Below are positions 21,222-29,869 of a stretch of DNA of 56,532 bases, piece by piece. The notes beneath the pieces are model-generated. The model had not been told where the DNA came from and searched no databases. It saw nothing but the letters and a program-made list of their open reading frames with translations. How positions within the stretch are numbered: the first letter of the stretch is position 1; every line of letters starts with the position of its first letter. The DNA is from Ferroacidibacillus organovorans (GTDB lineage: Bacteria > Bacillota > Bacilli > Alicyclobacillales > SLC66). A program made the position numbers and the translations under genes. The stretch lies in NCBI RefSeq assembly GCF_001642725.1, contig NZ_LSUQ01000005.1:62001-118532 (forward strand), written 5' to 3'.

Positions 21222-22409
21222 GTGAAACGAGTCCTGATGGTTTCTTATTTTGCGCCTCCGACCCTAAACGCGGAAGCGATCCTCGTCTGGAAAACGCTGC
21301 GCGTGTTGTCGCAGCTTCACCGGATTACACTTGTCACAAACGCGCCGCAGTGTAAGCAGGGGGACCCTGATATGCGCATACCACCGGGTGTGGACGTGCG
21401 TGCGCATGGCGGTGTGACATTCCGCTCGGCGTTTGCAAACAAAGTGGCAGAGCGGTTGACGGGAAAACTCGACGATGAAAATCTGCTGTGGGCGCTGCGC
21501 GTCCCCCAGGTTAAAAAAGGCGATTTTGACGTACTCTACAGTCGCTCGCATCCAGGTGCAAGCCACATTCTGGCGGCCTCGCTCTGGAAGCGCACGCAGT
21601 TGCCGTGGATCGCTCAGTTCAGTGATCCGTGGTCGGCGAATCCCTACCATTCCCACCACACCATCATTCGGAAGCTGCGCGACCAGGAGCACGAACGATT
21701 TGTCATCGCGCATGCGGATCAACTCATCTTTCCGACCGTTGAAATCCAGGAAATCTACGAAAAGGCGTATCCTTTGCAAGCGATCAACGCCCGGTCGGTG
21801 GTCTTGCCCCATCACGTCTCAGAAGAGCTCTACAGCGTGAGAAATGCGAGCGTTCCGACGGAAGCCGGCAAGATGCTCCTGTCCTATTTTGGCGATTTCT
21901 ATGGCTTGCGCTCACCCGCGCCGCTGTTTGACGCGTTGCGGCACATTCACGCGCGAAACCCGGACAAGCTTGCGCGTGTCGAGATTGGCCTTTTTGGAAA
22001 CCTCGAGAAAAAGTTTGTCCCTCTTCTGGAGCAGGTGCCCGTCCGCATTCATCGCGGCCGCTATACGTATCTTGAGAGCCTGTCTGCAATGAGAAAGAGC
22101 CACGGTCTGTTGCTGATTGATGCGCCAAACGACACAGGAGTAAACCCGTTTCTCGCCTCAAAGTTGATCGACTACATTGGCGCTAAACGACCGATTCTTG
22201 GCGTCACCGAGGAACGCGGCACGGCGGCAAATTTCTTGCGTCAGGGTGGGCAGTATGTCGCGGCGCCCCGCGCGGTGGACAAAATTGCGTACGGGCTGGA
22301 ACAATTGATCGATTCAGCAAAGGTGACAGCAAGAATGGAGCGTCTGGCCGCAGCGTTTACATCAGAGAGGATCGTGGGTGAACTCGCGCAATGGTTGGAC
22401 AAGCAATAG
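21222..22409 (+). CDS. Glycosyltransferase, GT-B (family 4-like)
   Basis: MKRVLMVSYFAPP N-terminus, PWIAQFSDPW, SKLIDYIGAKRPIL C-terminal motif. Confidence 0.8.
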   Translation: MKRVLMVSYFAPPTLNAEAILVWKTLRVLSQLHRITLVTNAPQCKQGDPDMRIPPGVDVRAHGGVTFRSAFANKVAERLTGKLDDENLLWALRVPQVKKGDFDVLYSRSHPGASHILAASLWKRTQLPWIAQFSDPWSANPYHSHHTIIRKLRDQEHERFVIAHADQLIFPTVEIQEIYEKAYPLQAINARSVVLPHHVSEELYSVRNASVPTEAGKMLLSYFGDFYGLRSPAPLFDALRHIHARNPDKLARVEIGLFGNLEKKFVPLLEQVPVRIHRGRYTYLESLSAMRKSHGLLLIDAPNDTGVNPFLASKLIDYIGAKRPILGVTEERGTAANFLRQGGQYVAAPRAVDKIAYGLEQLIDSAKVTARMERLAAAFTSERIVGELAQWLDKQ

Positions 22410-22417
22410 ACAGCGCG

Positions 22418-22455
22418 ACGATGCGCCTGGCGAAAACCTCCAGGCGCATCGTTTT
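22418..22455. terminator. Hairpin between convergent sulfation and cytochrome b operons
   Basis: ACGATGCGCCTGG...CCAGGCGCATCGT followed by ttt. Confidence 0.7.
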
Positions 22456-22476
22456 GTGCAGGATAGCATGCTCGAT

Positions 22477-22701
22477 TCAGGAGATGCGTTGGGCTTTTGT
22501 GATGCGGTTTTTCCGGTAGAATTGCCGAGCGGACGCCCACAGATTGCCAGTCATCCAGATGCCGACGAGCAGCGTTGGCAAGCCGTAGATGAGTGTGTAA
22601 GGTTTGTCGCTTGTGATGCCGCTGTATACAAGTGATGTTCCGTAAACGCCGGCGATCAGTGACAAGAGCCAAATGAACCACAACCGAATACCCATGTTCA
22701 T
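22477..22701 (-). CDS. Small two-TM membrane protein
   Basis: 74 aa, two hydrophobic helices, basic C-tail, GAGGGGG RBS; last gene of the cytochrome b operon. Confidence 0.75.
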   Translation of the reverse strand: MNMGIRLWFIWLLSLIAGVYGTSLVYSGITSDKPYTLIYGLPTLLVGIWMTGNLWASARQFYRKNRITKAQRIS

Positions 22702-22728
22702 ATCAACTTCCCCCTCATTGGTTTACCC

Positions 22729-23814
22729 TCACGCATTCCCATTTCGAGACTGATAGCAGTTGGGCAATTCGCCCGCGAGCACGCCGCCCTTTTTCCCGCG
22801 AAACTCTTGACTGCACGAATCTCTGAGCGGGCAATTTGCACACGCATTTTGTTTTGACAGACCGCGATACCAGTCACGCCAGATCAACCGATGAACTGGG
22901 AGCACTTTCGGGAGCTTATTAAGCCCCGGAACCCAAGGTACAAGCACTAAGAGCGTAAAGAGAATGCCAATGGTGTAGGCGGCCATCTCATCGCCAGATG
23001 CGGACGTTGAGTACGGTGGAATCTGATACAAGAAGGTGTACGGTGTCAGCCACCATGGGCCGGGAAGCGCTGTCTCATCGTGATTGATGCCCCACTGATT
23101 GCCCTGCATATTGATCGTGTTGGCAATGTTGTGCAGGGTTGTACCTTGCAGGAACAACAGGTCGCCGCTTACGTCATAGCGGTAGACGCCGCCGTTCGTT
23201 TGGCGGTCGAGCGCACCTGAGAGAAGCCCAGATTTGGCGAGTTGCAACTCAGAATTCATCATGAGTGCCACGGGGCCATAATTGCCGAATGGCGTGACGA
23301 CGGCACCTTTAGAAACGGTCGCTTTATTGAGTGCATTGCTGTAATTTGTATCCCACTTTTGTTGCTGTGCGTAGGATGCGTTCTGATACTGTTGCAGCGC
23401 TTGGCTCAGTTTGTTGTTGGAAGAAGCTGTTGCCAGCATCTGCAGGGGTGCCATGATGTCGTTTTGTGCGGTATTCCAGTGATAGGGGGTCCCCCACCAG
23501 GTCTGAGGCGAGAAGCCCATGATCGATTGAATGGATTGCGCCTGACCGTGCCAACCGTGATTGTAAGGAGGGCCATAGCTTGCAATGGAACCTGTACCTG
23601 ACAGATCGCCGATGGCCGTCTGCTCGATGATTAAGGGAGAACCTAGTGCAATCTGTTGATTTGTGACGGCCGGGCGATACGGCGCGCCGAAGATGGCAGA
23701 AGCGCCAACAATCAGGACACCGATGATCCCGAGGCTGATGACACCCTCCTTGACCATGTCAAAGTCGCGTTGTGGAAAGCGCAAGGTGTCGCGTGTGAAT
23801 CGATCTTTTTTCAT
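22729..23814 (-). CDS. Cytochrome b6 subunit-IV-like membrane protein with large extracytoplasmic domain and Cys-rich tail
   Basis: N-terminal DMVKE-TM helix, about 200-aa N/Q/S/T/G-rich region, PGPWWLTPYTFLYQIPP (PEWY-equivalent position), TM helix ending VPWVP, tail CANCPLRDSC...C; ATGA overlap with the cytochrome b gene. Confidence 0.7.
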   Translation of the reverse strand: MKKDRFTRDTLRFPQRDFDMVKEGVISLGIIGVLIVGASAIFGAPYRPAVTNQQIALGSPLIIEQTAIGDLSGTGSIASYGPPYNHGWHGQAQSIQSIMGFSPQTWWGTPYHWNTAQNDIMAPLQMLATASSNNKLSQALQQYQNASYAQQQKWDTNYSNALNKATVSKGAVVTPFGNYGPVALMMNSELQLAKSGLLSGALDRQTNGGVYRYDVSGDLLFLQGTTLHNIANTINMQGNQWGINHDETALPGPWWLTPYTFLYQIPPYSTSASGDEMAAYTIGILFTLLVLVPWVPGLNKLPKVLPVHRLIWRDWYRGLSKQNACANCPLRDSCSQEFRGKKGGVLAGELPNCYQSRNGNA

Positions 23815-24425
23815 GCGTGCTCATCTCGCTTCTTTGCAGAAATCGAATAGGGTGGAACCACACCTTTGCTTCGCACGGCTAAGAGATGGATGCTGACGAG
23901 CCCGATAAGAATGGCAGGAAACACCGCGATGTGGAGGCCATAGACCTGCCCGTTGTTTAAGATGTTGAGAAATCCGTCGAGCCCTGCACCGTTAAACGCG
24001 TCCTTACTTTGAACCTGATTCCATTGTGAGAAAAAATCGCCCCTTGAGAGATACCCGGTGAACGCTTCAATAACCGATACGGCGAAGGAGAGCGCGCCAA
24101 CAACCCATGTGAGCGCGCGACCTTCGCGCCAGGATCCCATAAAGAACTGTCCAACGAGGTGCATCGTAGTAAAGAAGAAGAATGCCTGAACGCTCCAGTA
24201 GTGAACGCTTCGCAGAAACTCGCCGAGGCTTGAGGTCTGGTACCAGAGTGGACCTTTAGCCGACATGATGATTCCGCTTGCGATGCAAAAGACAAGACTG
24301 CTGAGTGTGAAGACGCCGAAGCTGTAGACGAGAGAGTTCACGTAGACGGGTTGTTCAGACGGCAACAAGTTATCCCAGGTAAGCTTTTCCGTTGCGGATT
24401 TGCGAAGTGATTTTGTCCAGTTCAC
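23811..24425 (-). CDS. Cytochrome b N-terminal (b6-type) di-heme protein
   Basis: RSVHYWSVQAFFFFTTMHL (H-x13-H), YGLHIAVFPAILIGLVSIHL (H-x14-H), R.LTWVVG and AFTGYL motifs. Confidence 0.92.
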   Translation of the reverse strand: MNWTKSLRKSATEKLTWDNLLPSEQPVYVNSLVYSFGVFTLSSLVFCIASGIIMSAKGPLWYQTSSLGEFLRSVHYWSVQAFFFFTTMHLVGQFFMGSWREGRALTWVVGALSFAVSVIEAFTGYLSRGDFFSQWNQVQSKDAFNGAGLDGFLNILNNGQVYGLHIAVFPAILIGLVSIHLLAVRSKGVVPPYSISAKKRDEHA

Positions 24426-24544
24426 GAACGATCACCGCGTTTCCCGTGTGGATACGTAAAGAGTGCGAAACTCGCAAACACGATGAGCCAGATGACACCG
24501 ACATAGATGTTCGGCCATGCATTCGATGTGTTAATCACCGTCAA
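24422..24544 (-). CDS. 40-aa single-TM peptide (not in ORF track)
   Basis: TTG start after AGAAAGGCAGGCGG; MTVINTSNAWPNIYVGVIWLIVFASFALFTYPHGKRGDRS*; stop overlaps the cytochrome b GTG start (GTGA). Confidence 0.65.
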   Translation of the reverse strand: MTVINTSNAWPNIYVGVIWLIVFASFALFTYPHGKRGDRS

Positions 24545-24787
24545 CCGCCTGCCTTTCTCTTATGGCTCTAGCATACGATCTGCGGCGAAAGGTGTTGAGA
24601 CCCGATCGAGTGTTCTTTTCCGCGAATTGGAGCTATTTGTGCATAGTCGGAATGGACCAGGGGAAACGACATTCTACCATTGACATGCTAGAATCTCAGG
24701 ACTAGCATGAGGGTACATCATCCTCCATCGCGAATGCCCCAAAAATTTCCCGTGCTTGATTGGCGAACGCATTCGTCTTTGGATGAC

Positions 24788-25924
24788 ATGGAGGTGAGTC
24801 AAGTCACGCTATCGATTATTGTTCCGACTTATAATGAGTTAGATAATCCAAAACGCTTAATAAATGAAATAATGCGTTATCTTCCTGATGGAACGTTTGA
24901 AGTGATCTTTGTCGATGACAGTTCAGATGAGCGATCGATCGAGTGGCTTAATGCTTTGTGTAAAACGTATCCTTTCGTGCGTCTGTTTCATCGCGTGCAG
25001 GAGCGCGGTCTCGGCAGTGCGGTCGTGCGCGGATTGGAACTTGCTTGCGGTGAATGGATCGCAGTGATGGATGCCGATCTGCAGCATCCGGCGAGTGTGC
25101 TCCCCGAGATGATGCGTGCGCTTTCAGCCGGATATGACGTGGTTATCCCGAGCCGCTTTGTCCCTGGAGGAAGTGACGGAGGGCTCTCGCTCCCGCGCAA
25201 GTGGATTTCTTTTACGGCGCGGTTGATCGGTCGTTTGGCGCTCAAGCGGCTGCGCAAGGTGTCCGATCCGACGAGTGGCTTTTTTATGATGAAGCGCGCC
25301 GTGATCGAAGGTGTTGCGCTGCGCCCCGTCGGGTGGAAGATTCTCATCGAAATTCTCGCGCGAGGGTCATACACGCGCATCCTAGAGATTCCGTACACGT
25401 TTGAGGCGCGCGCGTTTTGTGAGTCGAAAATGTCGCTCTACGAGCAGTGGAACTATCTCCGTCATCTCGGGCGCTTGATTCTTGACAGCCCTGAGGAAAG
25501 AAGAGTCTACCTCTTTGCGCTCGTTGGCGCATCAGGCGTTTTTGTCAATGAACTGTTCTATGACGTGCTGATTCATCTCCAAGTAGCGCTTTGGATAGCA
25601 GGCATGCTATCTGGCTTTATCGCGATGGTAACCAATTTTGTTCTCAATGATCGATTAACGTGGGTGGACGCGCGCGCGGGACAAGCGCATCGTCGTTTTC
25701 TCAAATATGTGATCACATCCTTGATTGGCATCGCGATCAGCACCGTAGTGCTCTCCTTTCTTGCGTATGGGGAGCGGGTGAACTCGCTCTATGCTAACGG
25801 GGCGGGAATCGCCGTCGCGACGGTCTGGAACTTCTACATCAACAATTTTTGGACGTGGAGAAAAAAGCATCGCGTTGTCGATATCGTCATTTCTTCGGTA
25901 GGCACGAGTACAGAGATTCGTTAG
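24788..25924 (+). CDS. GT2 polyprenol-phosphate mannose synthase-like (DPM1) fused to GtrA flippase-like domain
   Basis: SIIVPTYNE, FVDDSS, MDADLQHP, SDPTSGFF motifs, then four-TM GtrA segment (FALVGASG...NFVLNDRLTW...WNFYINNFWTW); start uncertain. Confidence 0.88.
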   Translation: MEVSQVTLSIIVPTYNELDNPKRLINEIMRYLPDGTFEVIFVDDSSDERSIEWLNALCKTYPFVRLFHRVQERGLGSAVVRGLELACGEWIAVMDADLQHPASVLPEMMRALSAGYDVVIPSRFVPGGSDGGLSLPRKWISFTARLIGRLALKRLRKVSDPTSGFFMMKRAVIEGVALRPVGWKILIEILARGSYTRILEIPYTFEARAFCESKMSLYEQWNYLRHLGRLILDSPEERRVYLFALVGASGVFVNELFYDVLIHLQVALWIAGMLSGFIAMVTNFVLNDRLTWVDARAGQAHRRFLKYVITSLIGIAISTVVLSFLAYGERVNSLYANGAGIAVATVWNFYINNFWTWRKKHRVVDIVISSVGTSTEIR

Positions 25925-25935
25925 GGGGATAGGTC

Positions 25936-27303
25936 GTGCAACTGATTCTTTTATCTGGTGGTTCAGGAAAGCGTTTGTGGCCGCTCTCCAATGACGTCCG
26001 CTCAAAGCAATTTCTGCGCGTGTTAGAGGGGCATGATCAGAATCTCGTGTCGATGGTTGAACGCGTTTGGGGGCAACTCTCTGCGCTTAGGATGGACGGT
26101 TCGACCTATTTGTGCGCATCAAAGCTGCAGAAGGATCTGATCCACGCTCAACTGGGGGATGTCAGCGTCATCGTTGAACCGATGCGCATGGATACATTTC
26201 CGGCGATTGCCCTCGCGACAACCTATTTGGCGGATCAGGTTGAGGAAGATGACATCCTCGTCGTGGCGCCTGTGGATCAGTTTGTTGAAACGGGTTATTT
26301 TGAGCACTTAAAACGTCTTCCAGAGGTGCTCGTCGCATCTGGCTCGGAGATGGCCTTACTCGGTGTCAAGCCAACGCATCCATCGACACAATATGGGTAC
26401 ATATGTGTGGAACAGGAACGTGCGGCGGGATCATCCTATGCGCGTGTATCGTCGTTTCGCGAAAAACCGGAGCGAGCGCGTGCACTGGAGTGGATCGAAC
26501 AGGGTGCGCTGTGGAATTGCGGGGTATTCTGCTTTCGTAAATCGTATCTGATGCGCTTGCTTTCGGAGCGCGGTCTTCCGATTCACTATCGCGAGATGGT
26601 TGCGACGTTTCACGAAATGCCAAAGCGCAGCTTTGATTATGAAGTGGTCGAACAGACGGAAAAAATTGTCGTCGTACCGTACGATGGCGCATGGAAAGAT
26701 CTTGGGACATGGGAGACGCTTGCGCCGGAGATGCGCTCTTCCTTTCTTGGAATTGGTGTGGCGGACGATTGCGAAAACTCCCATGTTGTCAACGAGCTCT
26801 CCATTCCGATTGTCGCAAAAGGGTTAAAGAATTTGATGGTTGTGGCGAGTCCAGATGGGATCCTGGTGGCCGCGAAAGACCAGAGTGGTGGGATCAAAGA
26901 TCTCGTTGCCCCTTATTGCATCCGTCCCATGTTTGAGGAGCGGCGATGGGGATCTTACAAAGTGCTGGATTATCAGAAACTCCCTGACGGGAATGAGGTT
27001 TTAACAAAACAGGTCACGCTGCGCGCCGGCGCGAATATTAGTTACCATCGACACCATCTCCGAGAAGAGGTGTGGACGATGGTAGCTGGGGATGCTGTTC
27101 TAGCGCTGGACGGTAGAATGGTCAGCATTACGGCGGGGGATGTCTTTCGCGTTTGTCGCGGTCAGTGGCATGGCATCATGGCGAAGACGCAGGTTATTTT
27201 TGTCGAAGTGCAACGCGGGGAGACAATCACGGAAGAGGATTGTGACCGTCGCTTTATGGAGTGGGAGCATGTCATTGAACACTGTGAAGTTCTCGAACGG
27301 TAG
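25936..27303 (+). CDS. manC: Mannose-1-phosphate guanylyltransferase / mannose-6-phosphate isomerase (cupin)
   Basis: LSGGSGKRLWPLS..SKQF, FREKP, WNCG, WKDLGTW, then ERRWGSY and SYHRHHLREEVW cupin. Confidence 0.9.
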   Translation: MQLILLSGGSGKRLWPLSNDVRSKQFLRVLEGHDQNLVSMVERVWGQLSALRMDGSTYLCASKLQKDLIHAQLGDVSVIVEPMRMDTFPAIALATTYLADQVEEDDILVVAPVDQFVETGYFEHLKRLPEVLVASGSEMALLGVKPTHPSTQYGYICVEQERAAGSSYARVSSFREKPERARALEWIEQGALWNCGVFCFRKSYLMRLLSERGLPIHYREMVATFHEMPKRSFDYEVVEQTEKIVVVPYDGAWKDLGTWETLAPEMRSSFLGIGVADDCENSHVVNELSIPIVAKGLKNLMVVASPDGILVAAKDQSGGIKDLVAPYCIRPMFEERRWGSYKVLDYQKLPDGNEVLTKQVTLRAGANISYHRHHLREEVWTMVAGDAVLALDGRMVSITAGDVFRVCRGQWHGIMAKTQVIFVEVQRGETITEEDCDRRFMEWEHVIEHCEVLER

Positions 27304-27440
27304 ACGGTGTGGAGGACGGATGGGCATGTCTTTGCGAATTTCGCCTGAATTGGAACAGGTTGCCCCTTGACGTTTTCTCTTAGACTGGTATTCTGTTCTG
27401 CGGACCTTATGTCTATGCAGGAACAGAAAAGAGGCATGCC

Positions 27441-28865
27441 ATGAGTGCGAATTATGATGTGATCATCGTGGGAGCAGGTCCTGCAGGGCTGTACGCCGCG
27501 TATGAATTTACGAGAAAAGCGCCGCACGCGAAGGTGCTCCTGATCGATAAAGGCGTCGAAGCGAAGTATCGGCATTGTCCAATCATGGAATTGAAGATTG
27601 ATAAGTGTCCGCCTGCGAACAAAATCAAAACGTATGCGAGTTGCTGGCCTGCGTGTGGTGTGATCAACGGCGCCGGTGGCGCTGGGAGCTTCAGCGACGG
27701 GAAGTTCAATATCACCTCAGAGTTTGGCGGGTATCTGACGGAGTATCTCTCGTCGTCAACCGTTCTGGAACTGATTCGCTATGTCGATGCGATCAATCTG
27801 GGGCACGGCGCGCCCGGTGCGATTACCGACCCTACAACGCCCGCAGTGGCGATGATCGAGCGACGAGCGGTTGCGGCGGGCTTGAAGCTCTTGCGCGCGC
27901 AGGTTCGGCACATCGGCACTGACAACAATCTGCGTCTGATGAACGAGATTTTTGCGTATTTGGAAAAGCATATCGAGATGCGCTTTCGCTCGTTTGTAGA
28001 AGATATTTTGGTAGATGAAAATCACATAAAAGGGGTTGTGCTTCGCGACGGAACGGAGTTGCGTGCGCCAAACGTCTTGCTGGCGCCAGGGAGAGATGGC
28101 TCCACCTGGCTCTCCGAATTATTGCGTCGTCACCATGTCAAAATGACGAACAATCAGGTCGACATCGGGGTTCGCGTCGAGACGACCAACGTCGTGATGC
28201 AAGAAATCAATGAACACCTCTATGAGGGCAAGTTTATCTATCACTCCCCGTCGACAGGACTGCGCGTTCGCACTTTTTGCAGCAATCCGTCTGGACATGT
28301 GGTCGTTGAGAATCACACAGGAATTATGGCAGCCAACGGGCATGCATATAAGGAACCATCGATGGGTTCGTCCAATACAAACTTTGCGCTGCTTGTGAGC
28401 CATCGGTTTACAGAACCGTTCAATCGTCCGAATGAGTTTGCGCGGCAAATCTGCACGCACGCAAATGAATTGTCGGATGGCTCGATCATTGTGCAGCGCT
28501 ATGGCGATCTCCTGAAAGGACGACGCAGCACGCGTGAGCGATTGGCGGAGGGGTTTGTCGAGCCGACGTTAAAAGAAGCGGTACCAGGCGACCTCGGTCT
28601 TGTTCTCCCTTATAAAACGATGCTTGCTTTACACGAGATGATCAGGGCGCTTGACCACGTCACGCCGGGGATTGCTCAAGAGCACACACTCTTTTACGGG
28701 GTAGAGGCAAAATTCTATGCGGCGCGCGCAGAGGTAAATGCGCATCTGCAAACGAAGATTGAGGGACTGTACTGCGCGGGGGACGGGCCTGGACTAACGC
28801 GCGGCATTGCGCAGGCGGCGAGTAGCGGCGTGTATGTCGCGCGCCACATCACCGCTTCGCTCTGA
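27441..28865 (+). CDS. NAD(P)/FAD-dependent oxidoreductase
   Basis: VGAGPAG Rossmann motif, Cys-rich insert, GAGGAGSFSDGK, VRTFCSNP, GDGPGLTRG. Confidence 0.9.
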   Translation: MSANYDVIIVGAGPAGLYAAYEFTRKAPHAKVLLIDKGVEAKYRHCPIMELKIDKCPPANKIKTYASCWPACGVINGAGGAGSFSDGKFNITSEFGGYLTEYLSSSTVLELIRYVDAINLGHGAPGAITDPTTPAVAMIERRAVAAGLKLLRAQVRHIGTDNNLRLMNEIFAYLEKHIEMRFRSFVEDILVDENHIKGVVLRDGTELRAPNVLLAPGRDGSTWLSELLRRHHVKMTNNQVDIGVRVETTNVVMQEINEHLYEGKFIYHSPSTGLRVRTFCSNPSGHVVVENHTGIMAANGHAYKEPSMGSSNTNFALLVSHRFTEPFNRPNEFARQICTHANELSDGSIIVQRYGDLLKGRRSTRERLAEGFVEPTLKEAVPGDLGLVLPYKTMLALHEMIRALDHVTPGIAQEHTLFYGVEAKFYAARAEVNAHLQTKIEGLYCAGDGPGLTRGIAQAASSGVYVARHITASL

Positions 28866-28925
28866 AGCTGCCGAACAGCATGCTGACGTGCTAGCACAAG
28901 CGTGCGACCTTGCGCGAAGTGCTTG

Positions 28926-29372
28926 TCACTTTTTCTTTCCGCCGTGAAACACCAAGCGGACGTGATCAAGGCCGTGACGCTGAAATTCTTGTTCATACTG
29001 TTCCTTGCGACGCCAAAGACGCATCTCTTGCTCCTTGGTGATTTCCTCACCCGATGCTGACTGTACAAGCGTGTCGCGATACGCCAAATGGTGAGATAAT
29101 ACATCCCAGAAGGTCTCCTCGTCGTATGCGTCAATGATTGGGGTGAGCGCTTCTTCGAGCAAGGGAGTCGGGTGGTGGCCGCCGCATCCGTCACAGTATT
29201 GCACAAGATCTTCTGCGCCGTATTCGGGCGCCGCGGCATAGAGCGCGTCTGCTGTCTCAAGCAGGTCTTTATACATTTCTCCACCTTCTGGCGCGCCGTT
29301 TACGACCCACTCGCCAAGAAAGACGAGCGACAACATCTTTTTGTATTGTTCTTCACTGATTTCCAGCTTCAT
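28926..29372 (-). CDS. Hypothetical protein, acidic, with CDGCGGHH motif
   Basis: 148-aa ORF with GAGGTG RBS. Confidence 0.75.
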   Translation of the reverse strand: MKLEISEEQYKKMLSLVFLGEWVVNGAPEGGEMYKDLLETADALYAAAPEYGAEDLVQYCDGCGGHHPTPLLEEALTPIIDAYDEETFWDVLSHHLAYRDTLVQSASGEEITKEQEMRLWRRKEQYEQEFQRHGLDHVRLVFHGGKKK

Positions 29373-29413
29373 TGGACACCTCGTTTGTAAGAAGAAAGGA
29401 TTGACATGCGAAA

Positions 29414-29737
29414 ATGAAAGAATTGAAATCGATTGAAGCGTTTCACGACATGGTTCAATCGGGTAAAACCGTGATTGAATTTTACGCGGATTGGTGCACA
29501 GACTGCAAGCGTATCGAGCCTAACCTTGACACATGGGCTGATCAGTTTGCGGGGCAATTCGCGATGGCGCGCATCAACTGTGAAGAGGTGCCGGAGATCG
29601 CTGAGCAGTTTGAGGTCGTTGGTATTCCATCTTTTCTCGCCTTTGATCACGCAAAGCTCGTCAATCGCTTGTACAGCCGCGACGCAAAATCAAAGCAACA
29701 AGTGGAATCTTATTTGCAATCCGCATTTGACGTGTAA
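29414..29737 (+). CDS. Thioredoxin family protein
   Basis: FYADWCTDC active site, GIPSF cis-Pro motif. Confidence 0.93.
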   Translation: MKELKSIEAFHDMVQSGKTVIEFYADWCTDCKRIEPNLDTWADQFAGQFAMARINCEEVPEIAEQFEVVGIPSFLAFDHAKLVNRLYSRDAKSKQQVESYLQSAFDV

Positions 29738-29788
29738 CGGCCGGAGGCTATGTCCACGCCGCGCCTTTCATCGTAACGTACACGGTGT

Positions 29789-29851
29789 AGAGCGGGTGTG
29801 ACACATGAAGTGTGGCGTGAGGATCCACGCTTCATGTGTCACACCCGCTCT
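29789..29851. repeat. Long inverted repeat (22-bp perfect arms, extendable to about 27 bp)
   Basis: AGAGCGGGTGTGACACATGAAG...CTTCATGTGTCACACCCGCTCT between convergent genes. Confidence 0.85.
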
Positions 29852-29869
29852 CCTTTTGAACGCTCATCA

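Noticed and set aside
22729..24425. Calling the pair canonical qcrB/qcrC (menaquinol:cytochrome c reductase)
   Set aside because: No Rieske gene, no CxxCH, no PEWY motif and no heme ci Cys, so gene symbols were withheld
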